Of a DNA stretch of 64,000 nucleotides, positions 23,651-37,249 are shown in pieces (the stretch's first letter is position 1; each line of letters begins with the position of its first letter). This DNA comes from Nageia nagi (Eukaryota > Plantae > Pinophyta). The DNA lies in contig JBITNC010000001.1 of assembly GCA_050084985.1 (NCBI GenBank), positions 190,898,001 through 190,962,000 of the forward strand, written 5' to 3'. Under the pieces are notes generated by a model. That model was not told the origin of the DNA and made no database searches. It was given only the letters and a program-made list of their open reading frames with translations. A program made the translations under genes and the position numbers.

Positions 23651-25379
23651 TATCTATAATTAAAGAAAACTTTCTAAATTTGAAGAAATATGATCTTAGA
23701 GGTATACTTATGTACACACTTTAATAAAATTGAAATAATATATTATAGGTATATTTATATACACACTTTAATAAAAATTGAAATACACAAAATTATTCTC
23801 CAACGACAAAGAATTACAAATGTAATCTTGCAAAGGGTAAGCAATAAAAATAGTTAAACTCACATTACACAAGGCAATGCAAATTAAAGAAATTGGGAGG
23901 GAAAAAATGGAAAACTAAATTAGCTACGATAAGCATGGAGAAGAAAATTGAATTAAAGGGAGAGTTTGATGTAAAAAAATAGTCCCATAGTTCATTGTTC
24001 AAAGTGAGTTCATTGTAGAACCATTCCATCTTGAGAGCATTTTTAGACTCACATCCTTTCTCCATAGACTTGGGCATTTCGATGGCTCAACTTTAGGTTG
24101 TGATAAATAACCATTTCTTACTTTATGTTCTTTAGAGATGTTTGCATCATTAGGCCCTATTGGGCGCAAGCAATGTTGGTATTTTGAGGCTAGTTTGCTC
24201 TTACAATATATGGGCATCTCCATTAATCAAATCCCATTATTCAACCCTTTTTCCACCACTCCTCACATTTGCTCCTTGAAGATAGAGATCCATAGATATA
24301 TTAGAGATAATATTTATCAACGTTACATTCAGGTTACTTGGGTCTCTCCCCCACAACCTCTCATCCCTAAGATGGCTTTCTACACCACACACCTCTTATA
24401 AATTATAGATGGTATTATTATCCTGCTTGCTTATCTTCAGCACTAGTGTTCTCATGGCTTGAGGATTCACGTCGACCAACTACAAGTCCATTCTCACCAA
24501 CTATGAGTTAAGACAAACCACCATATTCCTCAACCTACCAAGACTTGTCGACTATTCTCTCTACATGAGGTAGAGAATGAGGAGCACTTGATATTTTGAT
24601 GGCTTACTCACTACGAGATTTGGTGATTGTATCATTTCTTATATTGGGAGTCTAGAGGCTCCTCGTCCATTTTTTCTATTATCCTAACCAAAGATGTTTG
24701 GCCTTTTTCCTACAAGAGGTTGTTATCTTTAGGTGTGGAGGTCTACAATGATCATGAGAGATCCCTCAGACCTCTAAGTTGGTTAGATCCTTCTTTTAGC
24801 CCATACATGAATCTATTGGCAGGAACCGCCCTCAGAGAATAACATTCAGTATACATAAGGATACAACATGACTCAACATTTCCTTCCCTCTTATATAGTT
24901 ACTAGTTTACCCTAGTTTAGATGACAACTATTTATTACCAACTTTCTTTATACTACATATAATTCCTTGGCTTTGGATTCTAGGAGAGACTCTTGGGAGA
25001 TGACATGTGACCCTTATAGTTTGGTACACTCCATGCTCAAGGTGATCAGATCCACTATCAACCCCATCACAGCGGTAGAAGATGATGATGCTCTTACAAC
25101 CTCGACCTTGTGATTGACATAATTGTCCATTTTTGTGGTTCTCCACTTGATAGTCATTTCTCTTGGATTCTCTTCAACCTCTCTTTTCTTCTCCCATTTG
25201 AGATTGTATAGTTTTATAGCATTTTTGTCAATCCTTAAGGTCTTAACCCTAACACTTTTTCTTTTTCATTGGATTATACTGTTGAGTCCCATTGACTTAT
25301 TTTTGATTACCCATGGACAATAATGCATATTCTATTATATTCTCTAATAAAAGAAATGAAAAATTGTATCCTTCATAAA

Positions 25380-25700
25380 ATAACTCAAATAAAGTTTCGA
25401 TAAAAATCAAGAAATATAAAAGAGGGTAGTACTCTTCTAAATAAAACTACCAATACAAGAACCAAAATAAAGAAAGGAAATTTTGCAATAGATATTGAAA
25501 AATGTTCTTAGGATTATTAATGAGTAAGACAATAACTAGTTAAACTCTCTAGTAACCAAACAAGAGTTTGGAAAGGCAAGTTTCAATATGAACAAAGATA
25601 AGGCCTTAAATCCTAAAGGATTTAATGCAATTATTTTGGAATATTAAATTATTATAGGATGTATGTCTTAGTTGGAATATTATAGAACATGTGTCTCAAG
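25380..25700 (+). mobile_element. L1 ORF2 remnant (pre-RT region), probably a continuation of 22921-23650
   Basis: MNKDKALNPKGFN at ~25588, resembling KAPGPDGF. Confidence 0.4.
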
Positions 25701-26049
25701 GGTGCAATAAAATACCTAACATGAAAGAACCATCATTAAAATCATCTTGCTAATCTAAAACATAAGGGGAAAAAATAACTAAATAATAAAAGAAAGATAA
25801 AATATTCAATTAAAATAGAGGCACATGCAAACCAACATGGTATAATGAAAATAGGGTTATCACTTTAGTTTATAAAAAGTGTTGATGAAATCATAATTAT
25901 TCATGATATAATGTCCACATATTATAGATGTGTTTGGAGGTAGTGGAAAGACCTTAAAAAGAAAGAATCATTGTTAAAGTTGTTATGTTGTTAGAAAAGA
26001 TAAACAACAATATAAGCAAATAATATTAATTTTTATATAATTAATTAAC

Positions 26050-26620
26050 TTAGTGCTTTGGTTTATAACAAGTGTGGAGGATACTATAATTTTTAATTCT
26101 CATGGAAGTTGGGTTATTTCCTATTGAAAGTGAAGCCTTAGAACAATATATACTATACAATTATAAGCTTAAAACTAGATCACATTAGATTACTTGCACT
26201 TGGCCAATAAAATTGCCTAACTCATCAAGATCTTGAAAGAGGTTGGGTGAAAGATTTTGATAAATGGCTTGGTTTTAGGGGTTTACATAACAACAAAACC
26301 CCTTTCAATAATAACAAATTAGAAGTGCAAATTACAAATAAAGTAATTTAGTTTTTTTGGAATGATAATAATATCAAATATAAAAGAAAACTCTCTTACA
26401 ATAAAAATATCATGAATCCAAAACTTGAACATCCTTTAAATCCACATAAGATTATTAATTTCAAAAATAATCTTGTGATTGCTAAATTAAGAACTAATTC
26501 ACATGACCTTCATATTGAAACCAGTAGATGGACAATACCTGAAACAACTTGGGATGTGATAAATTTCTTAAAAAGGATTTATTTTCTCCATCAGATGCAT
26601 ATTTTGCAATCAAAATCATG
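26050..26620 (+). mobile_element. 3' fragment of a non-L1 LINE (RTEX/CR1-group-like C-terminus)
   Basis: MEVGLFPIESEAL (~26102) and AKLRTNSHDLHIETSRW (~26481), matching the RxxSHxLxIExGRW C-terminal motif. Confidence 0.55.
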
Positions 26621-27618
26621 AATATTCTCTAATGTGAATATGTAAAATTTTATGGTCCAATGCATACAAAATATTTAAAACATATTGACATAAACTATAT
26701 AAACTAACTTCTTCACATAAGTAAAGAGTGCTATGAACATTAGCTAGATAAGAAAGTGGAATACGTTGAAATTTTATGTAATAAATATAATTCCACATAT
26801 TCAAGGGAATAATAGTGTAAGATAAGGCTCTTCCTAAACATCGTAAATAGTAAAGCATACAAGCATTATAGGTATAACATACACATGACCAATGCTAATG
26901 AAACTGAAGTTTGTTATTGCTTATTTAGGAAATCTGAGCCTTGTTAGCATTAGAGTATTATCTAAATTTTAAATGAACATTCACTGAGATACATTATATT
27001 AGACTATTTAAATTCTTATATTTTAAAAAATGTTGTTAATGCATAAGTAATCAATGAGGAATGGGATGACATAATTCAATCATGCTAGTGAGAAGAACTT
27101 GGTGTTAAGAATGAAGGTTTGTACAAATAAAGGATAAAATACATAATATATAGTATATACTATTAGATTATATAGCATATACAAGTGGAAATTATCCTTA
27201 TGTAAGTGGACACAATCCTTATACGAGTGGGAAAAACCTTAAGGTTTTAATATATAAGGGGTTACCTCTTTTCATGAAAAGATACACCCTTTTACTCATG
27301 GAAGGTTCAAGGGATATAGTTATACCAACAACCTTCTCACCTTCTTATATGGAATATAATAATTTTTTTTAATATCTTTAAAACTGAATAACACTCTAAG
27401 GTAATGATTGTTATTCTTGCAGAATCACACTCTGAAAAGGCTAATATTCTTTCATTCCATAATTCATCTATTCCCTATTCTCAATAAAATACCCTTATAT
27501 AATTCTCGCTTCTTATTCCCTTTTTCCTCTCAAATGTAAATATTGTACAAAGTTTGGTCTTAGGTCTGAATTATATATGTACTTAATCTTTTTCTTAGAA
27601 GTCCTGTACTTAATCTTG

Positions 27619-28378
27619 TGTAAGGTGTTTCCAGGATGTATTTAAGTTAGAGGGTGTAAGTCAGTAGGAGGTAAGCTTAAGCCACCATTTTGCTATAAGG
27701 TAGTTCTTATTTGTACATAATCATTTACGTCATGCCTAGGAGATGCATGTGAATTGAAGGCCAAAAGGTTCCATTTTTGTAAAATTGGCTAAGTCATTTT
27801 TAGGAAGTGTTTTATATGGTCTTTGTATTTGTCTAAGTCATGTTTGGGTCTTGTTGAGAGTTGGGTTATTAGTTTCCAAGTATTGTGTAATCCAGGTGTT
27901 ATCTCCAGATGTTGTTGTATATAGTTATCAATCCTAGGTTAAGTCACTCAATGGGTGATACTTTAGGACTCGTGGAATTTCAGAGGAGGAGATGTACTTG
28001 TCAATTGAAATCAACGAGCTTTAACTTCATCCATCACCAGGTAATCTAGAAGGTCTCAACGATGAGAGATATTACAATGATACATTCAATAGACCTTGCC
28101 AATTTTAATCAATGACATCATACATTTTGAGGAAAATTGGTGGGTGGTAAGGCTTCTAGGATATTCAACAAACCCTGCCAAATAAAGACAAGACCCACCA
28201 AGCATGAATACAGATTGTAAGAGGAGGGGAACTCCTAGATCCACTTAATCAAGAGTGTATGACCCTCGAGACTTTGCCAACATATCAACTACGATTCATT
28301 TCCATGTGGTAGCAGTAGTTCTTCCTCAGGGTTAATTGGTATATAATCCTTCACCCTTGCAGTGATTGGCATCAGAGC
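27619..28378 (+). mobile_element. Putative LTR followed by an iMet-type PBS
   Basis: TGTAAG at 27619 or 27655 ... CCTTGCA ending 28361, then TGGCATCAGAGC at 28367-28378. No partner LTR or coding region recognised. Confidence 0.45.
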
Positions 28379-31300
28379 TATAGATGGTCATATTTATTGG
28401 TTGCAAAGAGTTAGGTGGCCATCAACTATAGAGATGGCTAGATTTTACTTGCAAGAAGGGTAGACCATTCCTCATAAATATAGAAATAGTTCAAATGTGC
28501 CACAGTCAAGAGACAAAGGATTACTGATTATGGTTGGATTGGTATGTGATTAAAGGTCTATAAATCCCTAGAATCGGCATTGCATTAGGACTATAATCCA
28601 TAATCATTCACAGTTATAGACTCGTCTATACATATTGTAAATATTTAGTTTCATTTAGTTCTTAGTCAAACAAGTATTTGTAGTCATTAATAGTGGACAT
28701 CAACCCATTTTGTAAAAAAAACATTATAAATAGAGGATTGTTAGAGGTCCAAAAGGTAAGATATTTTAGCAAAGTTGTCCAATGTGATAAATGTTTTCAT
28801 ATGGGACAATGCAATATAATGTTATTTTTCCCTTTGCAATTTGTGACTGTTATCTTATTTTGTAATCATTATGTATGAAGCATTGTCCTAAATTGTGGTT
28901 GTGTATTGCAATTACGAAACCCCAAGAGTAAGTTAGTTATTCTATTCTTATTCTTGGCAATGGATTACTACCTGCACAGTGATGCCCGCGCTAATTAGTT
29001 TTAGTTTACTTTCTATAGTTTAGATTTTGATCTCTTTCCTATTACTCTCTACATCTTTTATCTCTTTCTAGCTACTTTTGACCATTTTCATAGATAAGAA
29101 TTGGCCTATAATATGAAGATTGAGAAAAAAACCCCTACAAGCACACTATCCTACCACTTTATGCTCTTTCAAGAACCTTATTGTTGCAGACAATGGAGAA
29201 CTACACTAGACCAAACCTTTAGGTTACCTTATATTGATCAACAATGATCCACCATATTCAATGTTTAATTTCTTCTTTATCAAATATTATATTTTTATTG
29301 TTACTACTTCACTCTTTACTATTTTACATATATGAACCTTACATTGAATGTCTACCCTTGGTTGCCTTGCAAAATCCCTCTTGCTATCATATATTCATAA
29401 AGGGATGTACTATGTTTTAGAGTAAAACTATTTCATATTATTTTATGACTAATCTACACTTTTTTAAGTAATTTGACTACTAGTCAAGGAATCCTTAGAG
29501 TGATAAATAAATTTTGACTATTGAAGTATTATTATTGTGCTATGCGAAGGAATCTACCAAGTTGATTTTGGCATTATGCATTCAAAAGTCACTTATAGGC
29601 ATAGCAAACTATTCACATATTCACTTTCAATTTTTTGGATTCTTAAAATTGATTTTCTATTTTGAATATTATATAATTTGGTTCATGTCGAATTTCCCTC
29701 ATTGATAGAAGATCTTCCCATCATTGGTACTTTATTTATGAGAGCTTATCTAATGTGGAAGCAATGCATGAAGGATATCTTGATGAAGAGTGATATTGGA
29801 AATTCATTATCTCCTTAAAGCATCAAAACATTATCATTGAAGAAATAAGTATGATAATGTATGTTCAAGAGATTCATTAAATTATATTTTGGATGATAAA
29901 AATATTTAATTGAGAACCATAAGAGTGTAAGAGATATATGATTGAATATAAGGGAATTTATTATGTGTAACGATTTTGTCAAAACAAAAACAAAAATCTT
30001 AATGTCCTTCAATTCCATCTATTTATGCCATTGAGTTTATGAATGATATTAGTATTAAGTGAGAGAGGCTCACCATTGTTGATTCATGTGAGGATTTATA
30101 TTTATCCAATATTATAGATAATCTATTGGATTTTATAGGCATATCTTATGGGATTACAATGCTTCTTATGATCTTACAATATTTATGGAGTGTAGTAACA
30201 TGATGTTTATAGTGAAGATTTTTAGGTGAGAATTTCTTATAGTAATCTTTTAATAATCCAACTTAGTGTATTAATGAACTATTAATTATGTTCATCATGT
30301 ATTTATTAAAGATCCTATCCCCATTTGGATAATTATGTAATAAGGAGAGTTATTAGATATTTATTACATCATTGTAAAATAATAAAGTCAATATTATCCG
30401 AGTGGTTAGAATCACTTAAGTAGGTAGGGATTATGTGAGTTGCTTGTACATATTTACAATTATGTTGTGAAGTGTTAGTTTGGAGTTAGAAGATAACCAT
30501 GTTGGATTTTATGAATAAACTATTTCTTGTATAAATATGCATGTATACCTTAATCAATATATTGCATTATAAATCCTTACAACATAAATACCATAGTTTT
30601 ATTTTAATTTTTGGTAATTTGTAATAAGATTTTACTTATTCTCAAATAATTGTAACATGTAGAAAAATGAATCTCAACTAAGATATATGCTTAGAATTTT
30701 CTAGTTCAAAAGATTTGAATATTGAATTGACTAATGAATGATTGATACTACTCAAACATAGGAAATGGTTGAGTTACAACACTAATAATTTGATCATATA
30801 TGTATGTTGTATTTTGGATGTTGATATGTGGGTAGATTTTAAAAAATCTAAAGGGACACATGGAACAAATAATACCTTAAAGAAGAATAAAAAGTTAATG
30901 CCACAAGGTGAAGTAATATTGATAATTGATAAAATCAATTAGTTTATATTTGGGAGAAGGAAAAGAAAAGGTAGTTAAACAAAAATAATTATGATGCATT
31001 GATATCAAAGGAGAAAAGGAGCATGAGTTAGATTAGTACTACAAGATTTAATTGGATGCATGCTAACAATATGCATAAATGATAATGAGTATTGAGGTGG
31101 ATTGAATTTTACTTGAATCTAGTACTCCCACATAGTCCTAAGTCAAATCTTGGATATTTAGAATCTCTTTCCATAAATAAATCTATTAGGACACATTACT
31201 TTATCCCAACATGACACCAAAAGCTTAATACTTTAAATTTATTTTTAAATATCATTTGACTCTCATCTTACTGCTGGAAGTTTTTAGACTACTAGAGAAA

Positions 31301-31399
31301 TCAAGATTCCTCATGTGAAAAAGATAGGGTATGGAAGAACCTTGGTAGGATTTCCCCACTCAAAGGAATATTGAAATACCAAAAGGAGTAGGATTTATC

Positions 31400-32350
31400 T
31401 CATATGAATCTAAACTACAACATTCCCCAATAAAGACCTAATGTGCCAACTAAATGATCATGAATGCAATGATAAATCAACCCTATGGTTGGTATCAATT
31501 CATTTAATTAAATTATAATATGAAAGGGAATGATACATTCCATTAGGCACTTTCCATATTTGAATATGTAGTATGGGTATCAACTATTTCCAGTCCTTTT
31601 ATCTTCTCAAAAAGAGAATATAAGGAGAGAGTTGAATATTAATTTTTTAAAGAGTTCTACCCATTGATTCCTTAGATCAATGATGGACACTAATAACAAA
31701 AGAAAGAAAGTTCTAAGGAACAAAAATAAATCTAAGCAATCAATGATAAAGTAATAACAATAAAGCAAAAGAAGACCTAATATTGAGTAAAGACAAGAGG
31801 AAGCAAGATCCATCATAAAGTAAGCAAGACATAATCTTAGAAATTTCCGTCTAGAATAAAGCATAAGTTGTTGATCTACTAAATTGTCCAATATACTACA
31901 AAAATCAAATAGAGATAACTATAAGTGATTTATGAAGTTTCACTTATCATACACCAAAGGAAAATTATTCAATTAATAACTAGATTCTCATCTATCGTAG
32001 TTTTAAACAAATACTAAACATTTGAAAAATGCTAGGAAGATGTTCTTAAATAAATATAGATAATGTTAGTCTTCCTAACCATTCCATTGATTCCACAACA
32101 AGAAAAATTGGTTAAGGTATTTATATAACAAATGGAAAATGAGTACCATTATACATTGATAATCATAAATATCTATATAGTAACTATAACCAATTAGGTC
32201 AAGAGGTTTGATTCCTATTGCATTCAGAGAAACTTGCAAGGAACTGCTTGATTAAAATATCAATAGAAAATGCATGGTAAATCTAATACATAATCAAGGG
32301 ATTTAATGGTAAGTAGTTAGTAGGTAATAATATATTTTTTTGAGCCAACA
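31400..32350 (+). mobile_element. Very degraded gypsy (Tat-like) gag remnant
   Basis: Only scattered motif-like words (W-Y, FLKxF, YH..G); weak. Confidence 0.25.
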
Positions 32351-32529
32351 ATAGTTCATATAAATTGTAAAATTGTACATAATTCTTAGTGAGGAGAAAT
32401 ATTATGAAACTAGGGCTAAACTCTAGCTAGCAAGAATTTCTTCTTCTTATTTCCTATTTGGTGTTCAAGCCTCATATAGGAAAGGTAATGTAAAGTATTT
32501 AAATCTCACCATGTAATAATATAATTATT

Positions 32530-33030
32530 TTACAATACAAGTTGATATACTTGGATTTATGTCTAAAAATGAATCTTATCTCTATGTAGTTGAAAATGGG
32601 TTTTCATTGATTGTTGTTGTATTTTCCCTAGTATAGAAATCCATCAAAGAGTAGTTGAAAATGGGTTTTCATTCAATATTATTGTGTTCAACCTAGTATA
32701 CACATGCAAAATATCATAAAAAGATTTGATAAGATGAAAATAAACCAACTATAAATCATACAAATACATGAGAATTGCTCTATTAAAGGACTAAAATATT
32801 TTTCATGATATACAACATAAAATATTTCTTAAAAAATATTTTTTCCTCATCAAGATGGAGTTTCATACACTACAATGGTCATAGGATATATACATAACAT
32901 GGGTTTTCAAGGAACATTGTTGTTGTGAGTGCCCTGGTAGAAATGTATGTAATTTATCCTTTTTATTTGACAAGATGCATGATGTAAATGTAAATTCCTC
33001 AACTGTAATTCATGCAAATTGAAAAAAAAT
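32530..33030 (+). pseudogene. Collapsed PLS-class PPR gene fragments
   Basis: IEIHQRVVENGFSFNIIV (~32633), VVVSALVEMY (~32919), LFDKMHDVNV (~32963); exact 23-bp repeat GTAGTTGAAAATGGGTTTTCATT at 32586 and 32651. Confidence 0.7.
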
Positions 33031-33274
33031 ACTTTTCAATGTGTACTCTTATAGAATGACATATTTTGATGCAAAAAATACTATAATTTATTGTAGGTTA
33101 TTCAAAGCTCCATTGGTCACAACTTTAGGGTTGAGTGAAATGTTAAATGAGAAAAGGAACTAGGATTTTGGAGTTTTACATGGTTTGAATCGAACCTGCT
33201 AGCCTGCATTAATACCTTGTACTCAAAATTATCAAGCCTTAGGAAGCATGGTTCACTTTTTTTTTTTTTAAATT

Positions 33275-33705
33275 TTAGTCTACAGATTCATGCTACTAAT
33301 ATTGTATTTCAGTTTTATGAATATGCACTACATTTTTCCTCTTGACATATTCATGAAACTAATGCTACATTTTAGTTTTTTGAATATGTGGTAGATTGTT
33401 TTTTTAAAATTAGGTTTACATATTCTTGAAACTAATATTCTTAAATATGATATATTATTTTAGTGAATATGTTAAGTTTGTTAAGTTTTTTTATTTTTTC
33501 AAATTAGGTCAATATATTCACAAAACTAACATAGTGCATTAGTATCGTGAAACTAAAATTTAGCATTAGTTTTACAAATATGTATGGATTTGAAAAATTA
33601 AAGTGCAAATTCATAAAACCAATATGTAGTTTTAGTGTTGCAAATATGTAGACAAGTATTTTTTAAATATATGTAGCAGGATTAGTTTTGTGAATATGCA
33701 TAGAT
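33275..33705. repeat. Array of short imperfect palindromes
   Basis: Repeated half-sites CATATTCAYRAAACTAA and TTAGTTTTRTGAATATG in alternating orientation, e.g. 33345-33389. Confidence 0.65.
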
Positions 33706-36700
33706 CCTCTTCAAAAAAAGGATGGGGCCCACAAATGTTTTTGATCGATATATCAAAATATTAGAAGCCACACATGGTTTTCAATTTTTCAAATGGGGCA
33801 AAAAGTCCCTTAGCTAAACAACTCCTTTGGGTTATAACTGGGTGCTAAAAATAGGAGGTGGTTGAGCATTGAAAATAAGAGGTGGAAAAAATGGGAGGTG
33901 GTCAAGCAAAGTTTGATCCATTAATAAGGATGAGGTCCACATAAATAACATCATAATATATACCAAATATATGTATAATTATTGGCTCCTAATATATTTT
34001 TGAGAGGTTGATAGCAGCTATGACAATTGGTATAGGACTCGTTCTTATGTCAAATTACTCAAATACTTTTTAATAGATTCCATGGCCAATTTAATACTAT
34101 TAATGTCTCTTTACCAAGATATGAAAATGAATTATTCCAATCACTATGGATTTTTCCATTTCTTCTATTTTTTCACAATAAAATCCTTTGGATGATGCAC
34201 TTCCTTGTTTGAACCTCCACTCACAACAAAGAAAATATCTTTATTCTTTTGTGTGTATGGAATTTAAATTCAAGGATAGACAATGTCTTTATTTCAACCT
34301 TGAATGGACATTTAATCTTCAAAAAAATAATCATAAATGTTATTTATGTGATCCCTCTTTATTATATTAACAAAAACCCATTATAAGGCATCTATCAATG
34401 TTGGCATTGTAGAAATCCAAAGGTGAATAAGGGTTTAGATTCCTACCAAATATGCCATGGTTATTATGTTGGATGATATAAATAGTAGCATTATGAAGAA
34501 AAGATCAAGGATCATGAGGAACTTGCTTATAACAAATACATGTGCTTCAACTTCAATAATTTTGCAAACATGATGCCTTTGATATGATTTTGGCAAGTGT
34601 GTAAATTAAAATATAACATATAAAACCTAAATTCTCCATGCAAAAAGAATTTCCCTAGTTGGATGCATTCAATAATAAAAGAAATATTTAAGCTTTAGAG
34701 TTGTACAATTTTCCATTGAGATTAAGAAAAATATGTATCAAAAAAGGTTTACCAGTAAGTAGACTCAAAACTAATGCTTATTGGGTGCAATATAGTGGTT
34801 GTGTGATTTCCACTTACAAAGAGAAGTAGATGTCCCATATGCTTGTGGATAATTGTCCACATTTTGCTTACTAATTGATTCATCCCATACAACATAAGCT
34901 AGTTTTGGTAAAAGTAATAGGTAATAGTTATTATAATTATAAAAAGAAGGAGAAATAATTGGTTAGGATGAAGAGGACTCAACTTAAGGTTGAGAAAGAG
35001 GTATTGATTGATGAAAGGATGAAACCACCAGATTGGCTAAGAAGAAGTAAAAGGATCAAAATAAAATTGGTACTACATGTAGATAATTCAAGTGAAGACA
35101 AGGATGAACAAAATGAAGGCATACAAGAGGGATAACAAGAATACTTAATGCTGGAGAGATCACTAGCTCCTAGTATCAATATAACAAAGCATGTAATATG
35201 GAACTCAAAGGAGTAGGACTCTCAAAGTAACATGGAAAGGAGTAGAAATCTATAGTCCAAGAGGAATCTCTCTTTCAAATTGTTAATATAACTAGGGAAG
35301 AGGTATAACTTGTCGATTCCATCAAAGACTATGGTCATAAGGAAGAATCATAATACAAAGAAAGGAGGAGTAAAAACAAAGCAAACACCAATAAGATCTC
35401 TCTTAATTTTTTTGAGGAGAATAAAATAGAGAGAAATATGGTATAAGTGTTAGGGTGAATTGTCAAAAAAAACATCCCATATGACAAGCTATGTATGAAT
35501 AAGAAGTTCCACAAAAGGAAAGAATTTTCAGACAAAGGTGGCAGCAGGGATAGGGTTAAGAAAATTTACATATCTAGGAAAATAATTTCATGGTGAAAAG
35601 GAGGATGTAAAGGTAAGTTCTAAGAATCCATAGGAAGAGTCAGGAGTGTTAAGTGTTAATTTTGATGAAGAATTCAATAGCAAGGTAGCAAATGAGAATG
35701 CAACAATGTTTAAAGGGATCAAAGTAATAAATTTGGGGGATCAAAGAACCTAAGTAAAGCACCATATTATTTCAAAAAGAAAGGTATCATGATAAAAGTA
35801 GGGATCCATGATAATCCAAATCATATACCATTCACTCATGAGGGATCACTAAAATTGTAGATGGATCTAGAGGAGGAAGTGAAAACATAGAAGGAAGATC
35901 CAACACCTCTTAATAGATCCTTCAGTACCAAAATTCATAATGAGATGTTAATAAAATCAATATTGAGTAAGGAATCCTGAAGTTAGAAATAAGAGGATGT
36001 GGGTAAGAACCTTGGATTTAAAGAAAGAATGTTGAGGAAGATGCATATTAATCTTTACAACTTTAATTATGAGAGGCAACACTTCATTACCCTAAAATGA
36101 AATAAATACTAGTCATCTCCTATGATCGATTTGGGGCCCTAGATACAATGATTGACCTTTGTATTTTTGGGTTTGTATGTGGTATGGGTTTCAAAATAGC
36201 AAAGAGTATTTTGTTTATATTTATCTTCAAGTAGAGATATGGTCCGCTTGTAGTATTTTAGCATAGGCTTTTTGTTAATTATAAGGTTTGTTAGTGTTTG
36301 TTGGATGAATTCATTTGGCAATGAGGTTTTAGTAGGTTTCTCTTAGTAACAAAGGTAGGAATTTCTCTTTAGAGTAGGTATCGAAGTTTGAAGTAAATGG
36401 TTTTAATGTAAACAATCTAAATTTTAGTTTCCCCCTTATGTAAAGTTTTGTGAAGATCCTTATAAACTTCACACTTTTTTTTAGTAATACAAAATTATCC
36501 CATTAATAAAAAATAGTTATTATAATTATATAATTATGATAATAATTAAATAAAATAAAATATTAATTATTTTTTTGTTAAGCATTAAAGAGTATTCATA
36601 GTGTTATATTTTTAATCTAAATAGAAGACTCTTTACATTATCTAAAATATTAAAATAATATTTATGTATAAAAAAAAGGTGAGTAAATTTGCTGTTATTT

Positions 36701-37249
36701 ATTATGAGATGAAAAATATATCATTTATTAGCTAAAGAATATATGACATCCTTAAGACCTAAAATTGATTTCTTAATGTATTGTGCTTTTTTAAGTTTAT
36801 TACTAATTTCTTTAAATTTGCTAACTATCTCACTTCTAACCAAATATGTTAGGTGAAATAATCTATGAATAATTTCTCCAAAATATACATTCTTGCACAT
36901 GCACATTTACGAAATTATGAGAACAACTACTCTCTCATTAAGAGAAGTAGCACTTATTGTTTTGTTTCTTTGATCAATTTCCATCAAATCTAGGTTTAAT
37001 TGGCCACATGCTAGCATCAAGCATATTTAATCTATTTTATTGTGATATGCTTCAATTCAAAGGCTTTTTATTTGAACCATCACTTGTGAATAGAATACAA
37101 ACTTGCTTATTATATATTTTAGTCATCTAAATACCAAGATCATACTACAAGCATATGTTATTTTCTATTATATTTGAAAAATATCATATAATTCTTAATA
37201 TTAACTCCCCAATATTCTTGACATGATGAATTTGATCCACCCATTATAT

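Noticed and set aside
23990-25320. GC-richer block with several short ORFs interrupting the L1 remnant
   Set aside because: Probably TE-derived, but I could not find termini, a TSD or a protein motif.
33275-33705. CRISPR-like or REP-like array
   Set aside because: Repeats are degenerate, spacing is irregular, there are no cas genes and the DNA is eukaryotic.
34400-36500. Purine-rich region possibly from LINE ORF1
   Set aside because: Too degraded to support a call.
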